This document shows, one piece after another, positions 34,458 through 44,480 of a stretch of DNA of 64,000 nucleotides (its first letter is position 1; the number at the start of each line of letters is the position of its first letter). A program made the position numbers and the translations under genes. The DNA lies in assembly GCA_024231215.1 (NCBI GenBank), contig JAAEQR010000003.1, positions 22,660 to 86,659 on the forward strand, given 5' to 3'. Origin of the DNA: PVC group bacterium. GTDB taxonomy: Bacteria > Omnitrophota > Gorgyraeia > B26-G9. The notes beneath the pieces were generated by a model. It was not told where the DNA came from, searched no databases, and saw only the letters and a program-made list of their open reading frames with translations.

Positions 34458-37400
34458 ATGATTTCAGTATTAAGTCGTAATTTTTTCTTTAGAACAACCG
34501 CAATTATTTTAATTCAAGCATTTTTATTAATAGACATATCGTGGGCCTGTGGTGGGAGGCTTAATGATATTGATGACAGTAAGGTTTTTGAAGATAACTA
34601 CCTTGCTCCTTCCTTAATTATTAATCACTCTGACTTTTCAAGTTATTTTTCTAGTCCAGAAGATATTACTGCGAATCAATTCAGTAGTTTAAGTTCTGCA
34701 GAAATCGAAACCTTAACATATAAACTTGGCCTAACTCTTACCAATGAAAAGCAAGCAGCAAGAGAGATTGAAGAGATTAAGAAAGAACAATTTAAAATAA
34801 TGGATCAGTTTAGTGAAGGGTTAGAGAACAAGGAGCAACGTGAAAAAGCTTTGAATCAGGTAGTAAGAGATACCAATAAAGCGATTGATACTTTAAGGGC
34901 TGATTTTGTTGTGCAGGAGAGGGCAAAAGCTGAGTTAAAAATTAAAGCAGAAGAGTTGAAAATAGAAGCAGAAATTGCAAAGCTAAAATTAGGCAAAGAG
35001 AGAAGAGAAAACTTTGCGAAAGAAGCTCAGCAGGCATATGATCAGGAAATCGCCAAGCTTATTAAAGAAATCAAAGATGCCGCGAAATCAAAAAAAAGAA
35101 AGGCAGAGGAAGAGTATAAGGAACGTGTTAGCAAAATTGAGGAATGTGTTAGCAAAATTAAGGAGGGACTGCTTGAAGGAATATACATATCTGATTCGCT
35201 GGCTCAGGATATTGAAAAAATCAAGCAGGATACAAATGCCAGGATCCAAAAGATAGCTGCGGATATGCGTACTGAGAAGGGCTTTTTAAGCGATACAGTC
35301 AGGGGTATTATTATTGGCGTGTTTAAAATCGCCTGGTATTGGCCAAAAGGTAAGATAGCTGTTTTAAAGATTGAATTGAGCACTCATGAAGGTTATGATC
35401 TTAGCAAGTCTCGTAGTAGATTTAAGGCAGAAGTTAAGGAAATTAATAAATCTGCCAAGGCAGAGATAGAAGCGGTTAGGGACGGAAAAGATAAAAGGAC
35501 ACATAAACTTAAAGAAGAGCTTGATCAGGCTGGTTTAAATATTGAAAAAGATAAAACGAGGCTGGAACAGCTGGAATCAGATAAGAAAAAACAGCCGGAA
35601 ACAATTAGACAAGAAGTAGAAAACGCAATAAAAGAAGCTCAGAAAGATGCAGCTTTAAAAATCCTTAGCGGTCTTCAAGGTGATGAATATGTAGAACTCA
35701 GGCTGAAGGCTTTAGAAACTGTTTTGCCGCTGGTTAAATTATACGAAGACCGCCAGTCAGAAGGCCAGATGGACATGAGAATTGAAAGTAGGGAGGAGTC
35801 CATTGCCGCTTTATTTTTACGCGCGTATCGGGAAGGGCTTAGCGCTATTTCGATTACCGATGCTAAGCAATTACCTTCTCCTGAGGCGGCTAAGGCACAG
35901 CAGATTGTGAACAGACATATCAAGCGTTCTCGAAAGAAAAATGAAGATAAAAGAAAACCGCTGAAATATATTCCGGGAATCGAATTAGTCGTGTCTCTGG
36001 ACGGAGAGAAAGTTCCGGTAATTATCTATCTGCCGGAAAATTCACGTAACTTGGCGAACGATAAGACTGTTCAGGATTTGCTGGCGCGTAGAAGACCGTT
36101 TATGTTACAGGAACTCGCCCATATTTTATACGTATATAACGGAAAGATTGCTTTAGCCGATGCTCATAAATCTCTAAAAGCAGCGCAGATATTTTTTGAA
36201 CGCATGGCGGAATTTGTAATTAAAGGCAGGATCCCGTTGCGGTCCGTATTAGGGGTCGTATATTATGAAGGAACAAAGCAAAAATCTGATGAGCCGGACA
36301 GTCCGGAGAAACAGAAGCTGATGGAGTATATCGCCCGGCTTTGCGTACACCATCCGGTTTATAAACAGAGTGAGCTTTTCTTTCTGCCGGGAACTAATTT
36401 CAGCGGTAGTGTAGATCTGGAAAAGGAAAATATGCTCGGCAGCGGAGCGGATCGTCATCCGCATGAAACGAGTTATCGAGATAGGATTTTAAAGGCAGTA
36501 AATTATAAATCGGGATTATGGGAGAAGATTGTTTATGAATATGAGGGGTTTTTAAAAAACGTTTATATTTGGGGTTTAATGATTACGGCAGGTGTAACGA
36601 TTGTTGGGACACATTCACTTATTTTGGCCGGACTTTTTGCGGTGATGTTCTATTATTTGATTGCGACATATCCTGGATCTAAAAAAAGTGCATTAAAACA
36701 ACAGGTGCAAGTAATTCCCCAGGCAGATATTGCGTCAGAGGAAATGATGAAATACAAAGATTGGAAATTTGATCCGGCTAAAATTCCTCAACCCAAACCA
36801 GAAAGCGAAAAGAGTGCTTCTAAATGGGGAAAAGTGATGGAAACCGCAGGAAATATTTTTGATAAACTGGATATATTAGAAAATCTTTTTTATAGAGCGA
36901 CAGCCGGGACTAAGTATTTTGCCGGCAGTTTGAGAGAGCATTTAAATAAAAATAAGATCACAAATAACTTTTTCAGAAACGATTTGAAGCCCTGGCAAAA
37001 ATGGACTTTCTTTATTTCCAGTTTGACAATAAGCGGAGTATTGGCCGGTTGGTTGGCCGGCAGTGCATGGCTCGGAATTAAAATAGGGGCATTAGTCTGG
37101 GGTATTGCAATAGCGTTAAAGATTTTTGTGTACATAACCGATTGGGATATGGTGCTTTTACTTTTTGGATTTGCTGGTAGTGGGATAGCCGGATGGTTCT
37201 TGGGAAAAGACTACCCGTGGCAAGGAGCTTTTATTGGTCTTACCGGGTGGACGGGTTTTTTAAATAGGAAAGGAATAATATCCTTTTTTAGAGACAGAAT
37301 AAGAAAAGAGATTGATTTTTATAAACGTTTTAGGATGCTTGGGCCCAAGGCTGTTTTTATCCGAAAGACTCTGAAATTACAGCAGGATATGGCTAAGGGA

Positions 37401-38723
37401 ATTGTATATGTGAATATGGTGGGAAAATCGTTTGGCCTGAGAAAAATAGAGGTTGTGAATGTTTTGGCTAAACATGGTTTTGAATATGTAAAGATACAAG
37501 ATGCCAGCACATTGGTATTTGCCAAAAAGGACGTGATGAGAAGGATCGGAGCGGAATTTTTGAAAACAGCTTTAGAAAAATCCGGCACTTCCTGGGAGAA
37601 GATGACCGAGACTTTAAATAAGATCACAGAACATTTTGAAAAAATGCTGGTCGAGGTAACGCTGAGCACAGGGAACGGCAGGACACGTAAAATGTTTATC
37701 CCGGATCCGAGAGAAATTGCCGATGATCAGGTTATGTATAAGCTTTACCGGATTATCGCCATGTACAAGGCACAGGGATTAGTTTTGGAAAATCCCCAAA
37801 CCCGTCTGGTGGTTGATGTAAAAGGAGCGGACGGACAAGTCAGACCAGTTACAGCAAACGAATTGGCCTTAGTTATGAATAAATATTTTGACATTGTAGT
37901 ACCCATGCCGGAGGAGGGAAGTACGCCGGTGAAATCCAGGATTAGTCAGGGGGAGGTAAGGATACTGGAAGCTACCGGACAGCTTAATGAACTTTGGGAA
38001 CAAGGGGTTAAATCTTTAGTTTCGATCAACCTTGGTTCGCAGATCAGAGTGATTGTTGCGGAATTGCTCAAAGATGAAAAAATCGGAACAATTCGGGTAA
38101 CCTCTTATCCGACAGAATTAGGGCGTGACCTGATTGATTTTAGCTCCGAGGCCGGGAAATCGGTAGAAAGTTTGATCAGTGATCAGGCAATATTGGAGGC
38201 GGCGGAAGAGATGGGCTTACTGGAAACGATTGCGCGAGAGTTTAATATGGATAAGGAGAGCGTAACCCCTGAGCATATCGGACTGATCGCTGCCGGGCGA
38301 AATCCTTTTAATCAGGAGCAAGAGTTATACCAGCCTGTAGAGGTTAAAAAGTCGACGATGCATATGGGCAGTAAATATTTTGGCGGAGACACCGGGTCTA
38401 AGCTTGAGCGATTAGAGGCTGTGGCCCAGGAGTTATGGAAAAAGATAGATCGCAAAATAGCGGATTTTATCATCAAGCTGGATGCGGATAGAGCTGCGGA
38501 ACCGGGAAAGACCTCTTATCATCTTAGCGGAGAAACAATGACTTTGGATATCGCTAAGTTAAGAACGGAAAATTTGCGCCGGTTTCTTGAAGAGAAAAAG
38601 GCTGAGCATATCGAATTTTCCTGCGGGGAAGACCCCCTATCGGGAAACGCAATAATCGACCATGATTTAGAGCGGTCTTCTGAGATTACCGAACCTGCTT
38701 TGTTGGTTGAAATGGCGATTTAG
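34458..38723 (+). CDS. Tagged-family member 2: 1421-aa protein with a K/E-rich coiled-coil region and an internal multi-TM block
   Basis: Leader IILIQAFLLIDISWA, YLAPSLIIN box, Lys/Glu-rich heptad-like sequence at about nt 34720-35700, 6-7 hydrophobic helices at about nt 36560-37265, and C-terminus LLVEMAI. Confidence 0.85.
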   Translation: MISVLSRNFFFRTTAIILIQAFLLIDISWACGGRLNDIDDSKVFEDNYLAPSLIINHSDFSSYFSSPEDITANQFSSLSSAEIETLTYKLGLTLTNEKQAAREIEEIKKEQFKIMDQFSEGLENKEQREKALNQVVRDTNKAIDTLRADFVVQERAKAELKIKAEELKIEAEIAKLKLGKERRENFAKEAQQAYDQEIAKLIKEIKDAAKSKKRKAEEEYKERVSKIEECVSKIKEGLLEGIYISDSLAQDIEKIKQDTNARIQKIAADMRTEKGFLSDTVRGIIIGVFKIAWYWPKGKIAVLKIELSTHEGYDLSKSRSRFKAEVKEINKSAKAEIEAVRDGKDKRTHKLKEELDQAGLNIEKDKTRLEQLESDKKKQPETIRQEVENAIKEAQKDAALKILSGLQGDEYVELRLKALETVLPLVKLYEDRQSEGQMDMRIESREESIAALFLRAYREGLSAISITDAKQLPSPEAAKAQQIVNRHIKRSRKKNEDKRKPLKYIPGIELVVSLDGEKVPVIIYLPENSRNLANDKTVQDLLARRRPFMLQELAHILYVYNGKIALADAHKSLKAAQIFFERMAEFVIKGRIPLRSVLGVVYYEGTKQKSDEPDSPEKQKLMEYIARLCVHHPVYKQSELFFLPGTNFSGSVDLEKENMLGSGADRHPHETSYRDRILKAVNYKSGLWEKIVYEYEGFLKNVYIWGLMITAGVTIVGTHSLILAGLFAVMFYYLIATYPGSKKSALKQQVQVIPQADIASEEMMKYKDWKFDPAKIPQPKPESEKSASKWGKVMETAGNIFDKLDILENLFYRATAGTKYFAGSLREHLNKNKITNNFFRNDLKPWQKWTFFISSLTISGVLAGWLAGSAWLGIKIGALVWGIAIALKIFVYITDWDMVLLLFGFAGSGIAGWFLGKDYPWQGAFIGLTGWTGFLNRKGIISFFRDRIRKEIDFYKRFRMLGPKAVFIRKTLKLQQDMAKGIVYVNMVGKSFGLRKIEVVNVLAKHGFEYVKIQDASTLVFAKKDVMRRIGAEFLKTALEKSGTSWEKMTETLNKITEHFEKMLVEVTLSTGNGRTRKMFIPDPREIADDQVMYKLYRIIAMYKAQGLVLENPQTRLVVDVKGADGQVRPVTANELALVMNKYFDIVVPMPEEGSTPVKSRISQGEVRILEATGQLNELWEQGVKSLVSINLGSQIRVIVAELLKDEKIGTIRVTSYPTELGRDLIDFSSEAGKSVESLISDQAILEAAEEMGLLETIAREFNMDKESVTPEHIGLIAAGRNPFNQEQELYQPVEVKKSTMHMGSKYFGGDTGSKLERLEAVAQELWKKIDRKIADFIIKLDADRAAEPGKTSYHLSGETMTLDIAKLRTENLRRFLEEKKAEHIEFSCGEDPLSGNAIIDHDLERSSEITEPALLVEMAI

Positions 38724-38772
38724 CGATAATAGTTTATAACTATCTTAAAATAAATAAGTTACATTCTATCCC

Positions 38773-38801
38773 TTGACGAAGTATGCCTTATATGGTATAC
38801 T
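38773..38801 (+). promoter_or_regulatory. Cluster promoter P3 (CCTTGACG-17 nt-TATACT)
   Basis: TTGACG at 38773-38778 and TATGGTATACTTTAC, with the hexamer at 38796-38801. Confidence 0.7.
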
Positions 38802-38861
38802 TTACTACCTATTTTTAAATAATCCAAACTATAATAATAACCTATTGGGAGAAAACAAGTT

Positions 38862-41800
38862 ATGGGTATCAATAAGAAATACCTATATCTAAGAATTATT
38901 GCATGTATTCTAATACAGGCGGTTTTGTTTGGTAACAGCGGCTTGATCGGAGTAGTGCGCGCAGAAAACTTCCTGTCGCCGGTTTTAGAAATAAATAATA
39001 AGCTGGTTAAGACTTCGTTTGAAACTCCTCAGGTAAAAAGTCGTCGTTTTGTTCATAATCTGGATGATTTATCAAAACTTTCCCGCCGCAAAAGAGATGA
39101 TCTCGAAATAAATGTTCTTAAAAGAATTAGAAATATTAATCTCAAAGGTTTTAATTTTTTATCAAGGGAGGAGCAGGAGAATTTCATTTTTGTTGATTTG
39201 GACTTTGCGGAGTATGTGTTAAAGACTATCTTTACCGATAAGATTAAAGAGGACATGTCTCAGAAGAACGTATCTTATGAAATCATAACAAGGATTATAG
39301 TAGACATGTTTATTCTTTTAAACAAGGTGTTAGAACAACAAGAAGGACAGGATAATACCTATATCGCATGCACTAATTATACTTTTTCTAAAGATAGAAA
39401 AGGACAGACATATGTACTCACGGTTAATTTTGAGAAAAAAGGAGTGGAAGCTAAAATATCAAAATTTATAGCCGAAGAAATTGATGCAGAAATGCCGAAT
39501 ATTGTCTCAGTGTCCGGGCCGATAGAAAAAATCACTGGAAATAAAAGTATAGATGTTAGTTTTTACGGGGTTTCAAAAAATAACAAAGTGCTTACCCCAT
39601 CGGAAATAACCCGAGCAGTGAAGAAGCTGCCGCCGAACGCAGAGAATATAGATATTTCGGAATTAAGAATTGCGCATAAAAGATTACTTAATTTGGCCAG
39701 AGATCGTTACGAAAAACAGGATATTTTAAAAGAAATAACCCCAGCCATAGAGAGGAAAATAAAAACAGGTATTGTTGCGGAAGGGACATCTTCTTTTACC
39801 CCGATTACTGAGAAGGCTTTTGTGGGAAAGATTATTTGCGCGGAAGTGGTAGAAAAAGAGAAAAAGCCGACATATCCTTTAGTTTCATATTATTCGGAAA
39901 CATTGAGGAAAGATCTGAGATTATTAGATAATGCTATAAATACGGCTATGTATAAGTATGAAGGTATAGATATTAATACGGTTCATCATTTTTTGCAGGA
40001 TGCCTTTGCGTTTGCAAGACATGATTCTCGGGAAACACGCAAGGCTCCGACAGCTCAATTTTTATCGCATCTTATGGATGAGCGGAAGGCAGTGCGGGTT
40101 AGAATTCGAAAGGAATTATTGGAGATTATTACATATACGCCGATGTTAAATAAAGACAATGAGCCAAGAGAGATTTCGGAAATCATGGAGGAAGAGCTAG
40201 CTGAGTTAGCGGAACTGCAAGATTACGAAGACAATATGTATATCTGGGGAGAACTGAACAGGCTTAATCAAGAGGATTTGCTATGGGATAACATCATGTC
40301 TCAAGCAAATGAAATTGTGGGTAATATATATCAATATATAGAAGGAGTGGACCCTGAACCTAAAAATGAAAAAGAGCAGATGGCTTTAGATGCGATTGAA
40401 AATGCGAGGAAGGCAGTCCCAACAGATACTCAAATTGGGTCTATGGTCGATACTGTATTACAAGATCTGCCGCGGCAGTTATTTGCCTGGTTAAGAAAAT
40501 ATGATTGTTCTTTACATGAGGCGTTTTTTCGGTCTATGCAACCTATTGTAGACCAGTTAGTTCAAGCTCAAGAACATACGTCGCAAATGAAAGGAGGGCT
40601 TTCTTTAAATCTCCATACCGAACTTTGTACTTTTGTGGATACTGTATTGTTGGAACTGGGAGAGTATGAATCGCGGCATGTAGTGGTACATAATGACTCG
40701 GAGAAGGAGCCATTTATATTATATGTGCCGGGAGACCTAGGAGGGCCGGAGGAATATTTGCGTTTTCGGCGTCTTTATCCGAATATGGTAGGGATTGTAG
40801 TTAAAGAAGGAGCTAAACATTATGCGGTAATGGCCGGAGATCACGGATTCCCGGTGATTAATAAAATTGATTTAATTGAAATGAGCGAAGGAAAATTGCC
40901 GTTAGAGCTGGTGTTAAAAAAGAAAACTAATGGAATTATGCGTATTAGCAGGGGAGGGAAAGCGTTTTTATATATAAACCCTTCATTGAGGGATACCCTT
41001 GAGGCGGAAACTATTATAAAAACAGCGCAGGCAATTAAAATATTGTGTGAAGCTAATATAGATTTAGAAGGAGAAGATGGGAAATTAAAGACGTATGATG
41101 GAGTAGAAGCGCCTGAGATAATGATGAATTTGGATATTGCCGAAGATGCGGAAGACTTGCCGAGCCGGGTAATACGGAAAATAGGTCTTTATCGTACAGA
41201 ATATGAGTATGAACGTCATGGAGAGTTAACAGAAGAAGCATGGTATAAAATTTTTAAGAAAATTGTTAAAGATTCAGAGGGCGATTTTATCGCTGTACGT
41301 TTACCGGATAGAAAAGTATCCGGAGAAGGTGGGGATATAAAAAATCCTAAAGCTTTTGGAAAAAGTAATCTTGAAGGACTTGATTTTTTGCTTGATGAAA
41401 GAGCTAAGGGCAGGCGAATCTCAACGATAATATTAAGGGCCCTTATGAGAGTATATGCAGAAGACGGAGTCGTAGGTGCTCTTTTTCCCATGGTTTCGCA
41501 AGAAAGAGCCGAAGGAATAATCGACTTTGTCGAAGAAATAAAAGAGAATTTAATCTTTGAACAAAAAAATAAAAATAAGCGGGAAGCTTTGGAAGAGGCG
41601 TTAGACAGCTTTTCCGTGGGAGCGATGTTTGAAACTCCTCAGGCTTTTGAATTTAAAAAAGAGCTTATGGAGATTTTTGATTTTGTAAGTTGGGGGAGTA
41701 ATGACTGGAAGATGGCTTCTTCCGGGAAGTCAAGAGGTGCTCAGGGAACGACCAAAGAATTGATTTCATTTACGCCTGAGGTTGTAAAAACCGCATTAGC

Positions 41801-42191
41801 GGCAGGTAAGATGAGCAGGAAGAAGGAAGTACCTTTTTCTATCTGTGGTAAGCTTGCGTCTACCCCTGAATTCATTCTATTTTCACTATATGCAAAGTCG
41901 TTGTCGCTTTTTGATATCCGACTAAGCGTTGGTAAAGATTCTATAGCGTACGTCAAAGAATTTATTCGCCATGTCGATACTAGACGCATTAAAGATATCT
42001 TTAATGATTATCGAAAAGGTTATGATCAGAATAAATTTGATGAGAAAATAGCAGATGAAATAGAAAACATAGTGCTTTCTATGGGAGAATTAGCCAAGCC
42101 TTTTCTACAGGGACAAGTTAAGATGTCGTTACAGAAGAAAAGGGGGCAGGCATCGAAGGCTCCTGTGTTAGTGCATGAGTATGCAATATAA
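38862..42191 (+). CDS. Tagged-family member 3: 1109-aa protein whose C-terminal half resembles PEP-utilising enzymes (swivel His-domain plus TIM barrel, PtsI/PPDK-like)
   Basis: GAKHYAVMAGDHGFPVI (compare GGxTSHAAIxARxxGIPAV), GLYRTEYEY (compare GLFRTEFL), LFPMVS, VGAMFETPQAF, FVSWGSNDW (compare SIGTNDL) and FSICGKLAS (compare CGEMAG). Leader ILIQAVLF, FLSPVLEIN box, C-terminus LVHEYAI. Confidence 0.8.
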   Translation: MGINKKYLYLRIIACILIQAVLFGNSGLIGVVRAENFLSPVLEINNKLVKTSFETPQVKSRRFVHNLDDLSKLSRRKRDDLEINVLKRIRNINLKGFNFLSREEQENFIFVDLDFAEYVLKTIFTDKIKEDMSQKNVSYEIITRIIVDMFILLNKVLEQQEGQDNTYIACTNYTFSKDRKGQTYVLTVNFEKKGVEAKISKFIAEEIDAEMPNIVSVSGPIEKITGNKSIDVSFYGVSKNNKVLTPSEITRAVKKLPPNAENIDISELRIAHKRLLNLARDRYEKQDILKEITPAIERKIKTGIVAEGTSSFTPITEKAFVGKIICAEVVEKEKKPTYPLVSYYSETLRKDLRLLDNAINTAMYKYEGIDINTVHHFLQDAFAFARHDSRETRKAPTAQFLSHLMDERKAVRVRIRKELLEIITYTPMLNKDNEPREISEIMEEELAELAELQDYEDNMYIWGELNRLNQEDLLWDNIMSQANEIVGNIYQYIEGVDPEPKNEKEQMALDAIENARKAVPTDTQIGSMVDTVLQDLPRQLFAWLRKYDCSLHEAFFRSMQPIVDQLVQAQEHTSQMKGGLSLNLHTELCTFVDTVLLELGEYESRHVVVHNDSEKEPFILYVPGDLGGPEEYLRFRRLYPNMVGIVVKEGAKHYAVMAGDHGFPVINKIDLIEMSEGKLPLELVLKKKTNGIMRISRGGKAFLYINPSLRDTLEAETIIKTAQAIKILCEANIDLEGEDGKLKTYDGVEAPEIMMNLDIAEDAEDLPSRVIRKIGLYRTEYEYERHGELTEEAWYKIFKKIVKDSEGDFIAVRLPDRKVSGEGGDIKNPKAFGKSNLEGLDFLLDERAKGRRISTIILRALMRVYAEDGVVGALFPMVSQERAEGIIDFVEEIKENLIFEQKNKNKREALEEALDSFSVGAMFETPQAFEFKKELMEIFDFVSWGSNDWKMASSGKSRGAQGTTKELISFTPEVVKTALAAGKMSRKKEVPFSICGKLASTPEFILFSLYAKSLSLFDIRLSVGKDSIAYVKEFIRHVDTRRIKDIFNDYRKGYDQNKFDEKIADEIENIVLSMGELAKPFLQGQVKMSLQKKRGQASKAPVLVHEYAI

Positions 42192-42202
42192 AAGAGGATA
42201 TT

Positions 42203-44296
42203 ATGGGATTTTCTGGTAAAAAAAGATCGGGCAAATCAATATCTTCACGAATTATCACCCTGATAATTCTACAGATCTTTTTTGTCTCAGGATTGTTGTC
42301 CCTAGGCAATAGCTTTGCTGCGGATACTCACCAAACCTGCCTTTCTCCCCGTGTAAATATATCTAATGCGCTAGTCAAAAATTCTTTTAGTACCTTTAAA
42401 AAGCTTAATTTAAATGATTTGTTTGAAGGATTTGCAGAGGGTATTCTAGACATCGATAAGGTAGATCACTGGTTAGTTGGTCGCAATGAATCTATCGCTT
42501 ATGAGTTTAAAACAGATTTAGTTCCTAAAATTGTACAACAACCCAATGCAAAATGGTTTTTAGAACAAATACTTGCAGAAGATAAACTTAAGCCATTACA
42601 TTTTGAAGCCCAAGCTGTTCTTTTGCAGATACGTTTTAAAGAGCTTGGATATCCTAACCATAACCCAGCCTGGAGACATTTTATATCTTCGATGAAAGAA
42701 GGGCTTCAATTCCTGGAAAACCCTGAAAACTTAGAGAATAAGGATGTAGTTATCGGCACTTGTCATGTGGCTGCGGATTCGGATTCTGTGGCTGCGGCAA
42801 TTACGTGGTATGAACGGGAAAGAATGTTAGCAGAGAATCGAGGAAAGGTTTTTATTCCTTTGATCTCTAATGAGGACAGGGATATAAATCTTGAAACAGA
42901 GAGACAATTGCATATTTGTGGGATAATAGCAGAGGATCTGATATACGCTTTTCCTAGTAAAGAGATGGAGAAAAGAGGCGAGGTTAAAAGCCTGATACAG
43001 CAGAAACTTGAGGCTATTGCTAAAACAAAATATAAGAGTAGAATAAAAATTGATTTGCTCGATCATAATGCGGTACAGGTTGACTGGTTAAAACCTTTTA
43101 AAGTACGTAAGATATATGATCATCATAACCCGGAAGTGGATATGCCGGAATTGGCCCCGGGAAATGATTATGTCCGCATTGAAGCCTCCACGACAACCAT
43201 AATTGCTCAGGAAAACATGAAAGATCGTATTTTCCATAGATCATTTCCACAGATAAAGTTTTTGACTATGGCTACCTTGCTTTCAGATACAGACTGTTTA
43301 AATTCAGATATTACACAGCAAGAAACTCTCGGGATTTTATCTCGGATGGCAAAGGATATGGGTTTTTTAAAAAAAGTGCAGTTAAATGGCGGCATAGGCT
43401 CTAGTGGTAAGATTGATTTTGAAAAAATGGAACGCTATTTTGAAATCATAGTTGATAGGGTTTATCTGAACCGGCATTCTTATGTAGAGGAATGGCTGAG
43501 GGATTGTAAGACATATAATGGGTTTGAATTCGGCCAGTCAAAAGTTATATCTTGGGAAGAGTTGTCTGAGAAAAAAGAAATGGAATTAATCGAAGGCATG
43601 AGAAATAAACTTAATGAAAACGATGACAATGAAGCTATTGTTTGGATGGTATCTTCAATGAATCCGTCTGAGTATGGCAGTAAATTTTATGCAATATGTA
43701 AAGATGACCCAGATGGGGCTAAGGCAGAACAGATTATTAGCCAGGTGATGTATCAAAGTCCGGTAAGGATCGGGCTGGTGCGGTCGATATATGTGAATCC
43801 GGCAATACATGCGTACCAGAAAGACTCTCCGGTGAATCCAGTGAGAGTTTTGAATAGAGCTTATAGACAATTTGATCTTAATCTGGATAGATCAACCAAG
43901 AAACAGATGATGGAAAAGATAAGCAATTTGATACAAGATTATGGAAGTAGATTGAAAAGGGATTTGGTTTATAGATATTATTCGTATGAAATAACCAGTG
44001 ATATAATTGAATTTCTGGAGTCAAAAGGCATATCCTGGATACATGCGGAAGTAATGAAGCCGGAAAAAATATATATCGAGGAAATAGGATTAAAAAACGA
44101 AAGAACGCGCAGGGTTCAAATGCCTGGATTTGCTTCCCGGAAGAATATAAAAAATGAGGTTGAAGGCGCAGTCGCGGAAATCATCAGAATAAATAAAGCT
44201 GAGAGGACATTGCGTTTGAACCTCCGCAATGAAATTATGGGCGCTGATGCTGCTTTTGGAATTCAAGCAAAAGAGTTAGTCTTACAGGCTATTTGA
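42203..44296 (+). CDS. Tagged-family member 4: DHH-family phosphoesterase-like protein (family II pyrophosphatase / nanoRNase-type motifs)
   Basis: CHVAADSDSVAAA (DxD), LLDHNAV, IYDHHNP (DHH) and TLLSDTDCL motifs. Leader IILQIFFV, CLSPRVNIS box, C-terminus ELVLQAI. The start is 11 nt after the previous stop. Confidence 0.8.
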   Translation: MGFSGKKRSGKSISSRIITLIILQIFFVSGLLSLGNSFAADTHQTCLSPRVNISNALVKNSFSTFKKLNLNDLFEGFAEGILDIDKVDHWLVGRNESIAYEFKTDLVPKIVQQPNAKWFLEQILAEDKLKPLHFEAQAVLLQIRFKELGYPNHNPAWRHFISSMKEGLQFLENPENLENKDVVIGTCHVAADSDSVAAAITWYERERMLAENRGKVFIPLISNEDRDINLETERQLHICGIIAEDLIYAFPSKEMEKRGEVKSLIQQKLEAIAKTKYKSRIKIDLLDHNAVQVDWLKPFKVRKIYDHHNPEVDMPELAPGNDYVRIEASTTTIIAQENMKDRIFHRSFPQIKFLTMATLLSDTDCLNSDITQQETLGILSRMAKDMGFLKKVQLNGGIGSSGKIDFEKMERYFEIIVDRVYLNRHSYVEEWLRDCKTYNGFEFGQSKVISWEELSEKKEMELIEGMRNKLNENDDNEAIVWMVSSMNPSEYGSKFYAICKDDPDGAKAEQIISQVMYQSPVRIGLVRSIYVNPAIHAYQKDSPVNPVRVLNRAYRQFDLNLDRSTKKQMMEKISNLIQDYGSRLKRDLVYRYYSYEITSDIIEFLESKGISWIHAEVMKPEKIYIEEIGLKNERTRRVQMPGFASRKNIKNEVEGAVAEIIRINKAERTLRLNLRNEIMGADAAFGIQAKELVLQAI

Positions 44297-44379
44297 TCAA
44301 TTTGTACCCAGTCGTAAACCCGCCGCAAAATTTATTTCTAACCATCTGAAAATAAAAGACTTAAAAATCTCGCCAGACC

Positions 44380-44408
44380 TTGACAGGTTGTATTTCATAT
44401 GGTATACT
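44380..44408 (+). promoter_or_regulatory. Cluster promoter P4 (CCTTGACA-17 nt-TATACT)
   Basis: TTGACA at 44380-44385 and ATATGGTATACTTTACC, with the hexamer at 44403-44408. A GC hairpin gggccg/cggccc (44436-44456) lies in the leader. Confidence 0.7.
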
Positions 44409-44480
44409 TTACCGCTTTTATAATAATTAATGTAGGGGCCGCGCTCGGCTCGGCCCGAATAGTCTATAGAAGAGGTAAAT

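Noticed and set aside
29600-34460. A search for sigma54 (-24 TGGCAC / -12 TTGC) promoters near the activator, the barrel gene and the cluster; weak look-alikes at 29343-29360 and 49267-49285
   Set aside because: The spacing or the -12 element is wrong (TGGCAG-N5-AAGC lies inside a coding region, and TGGCAA..CATCGC has a shifted GC). The cluster units have clear sigma70-type promoters instead, so I make no sigma54 promoter call.
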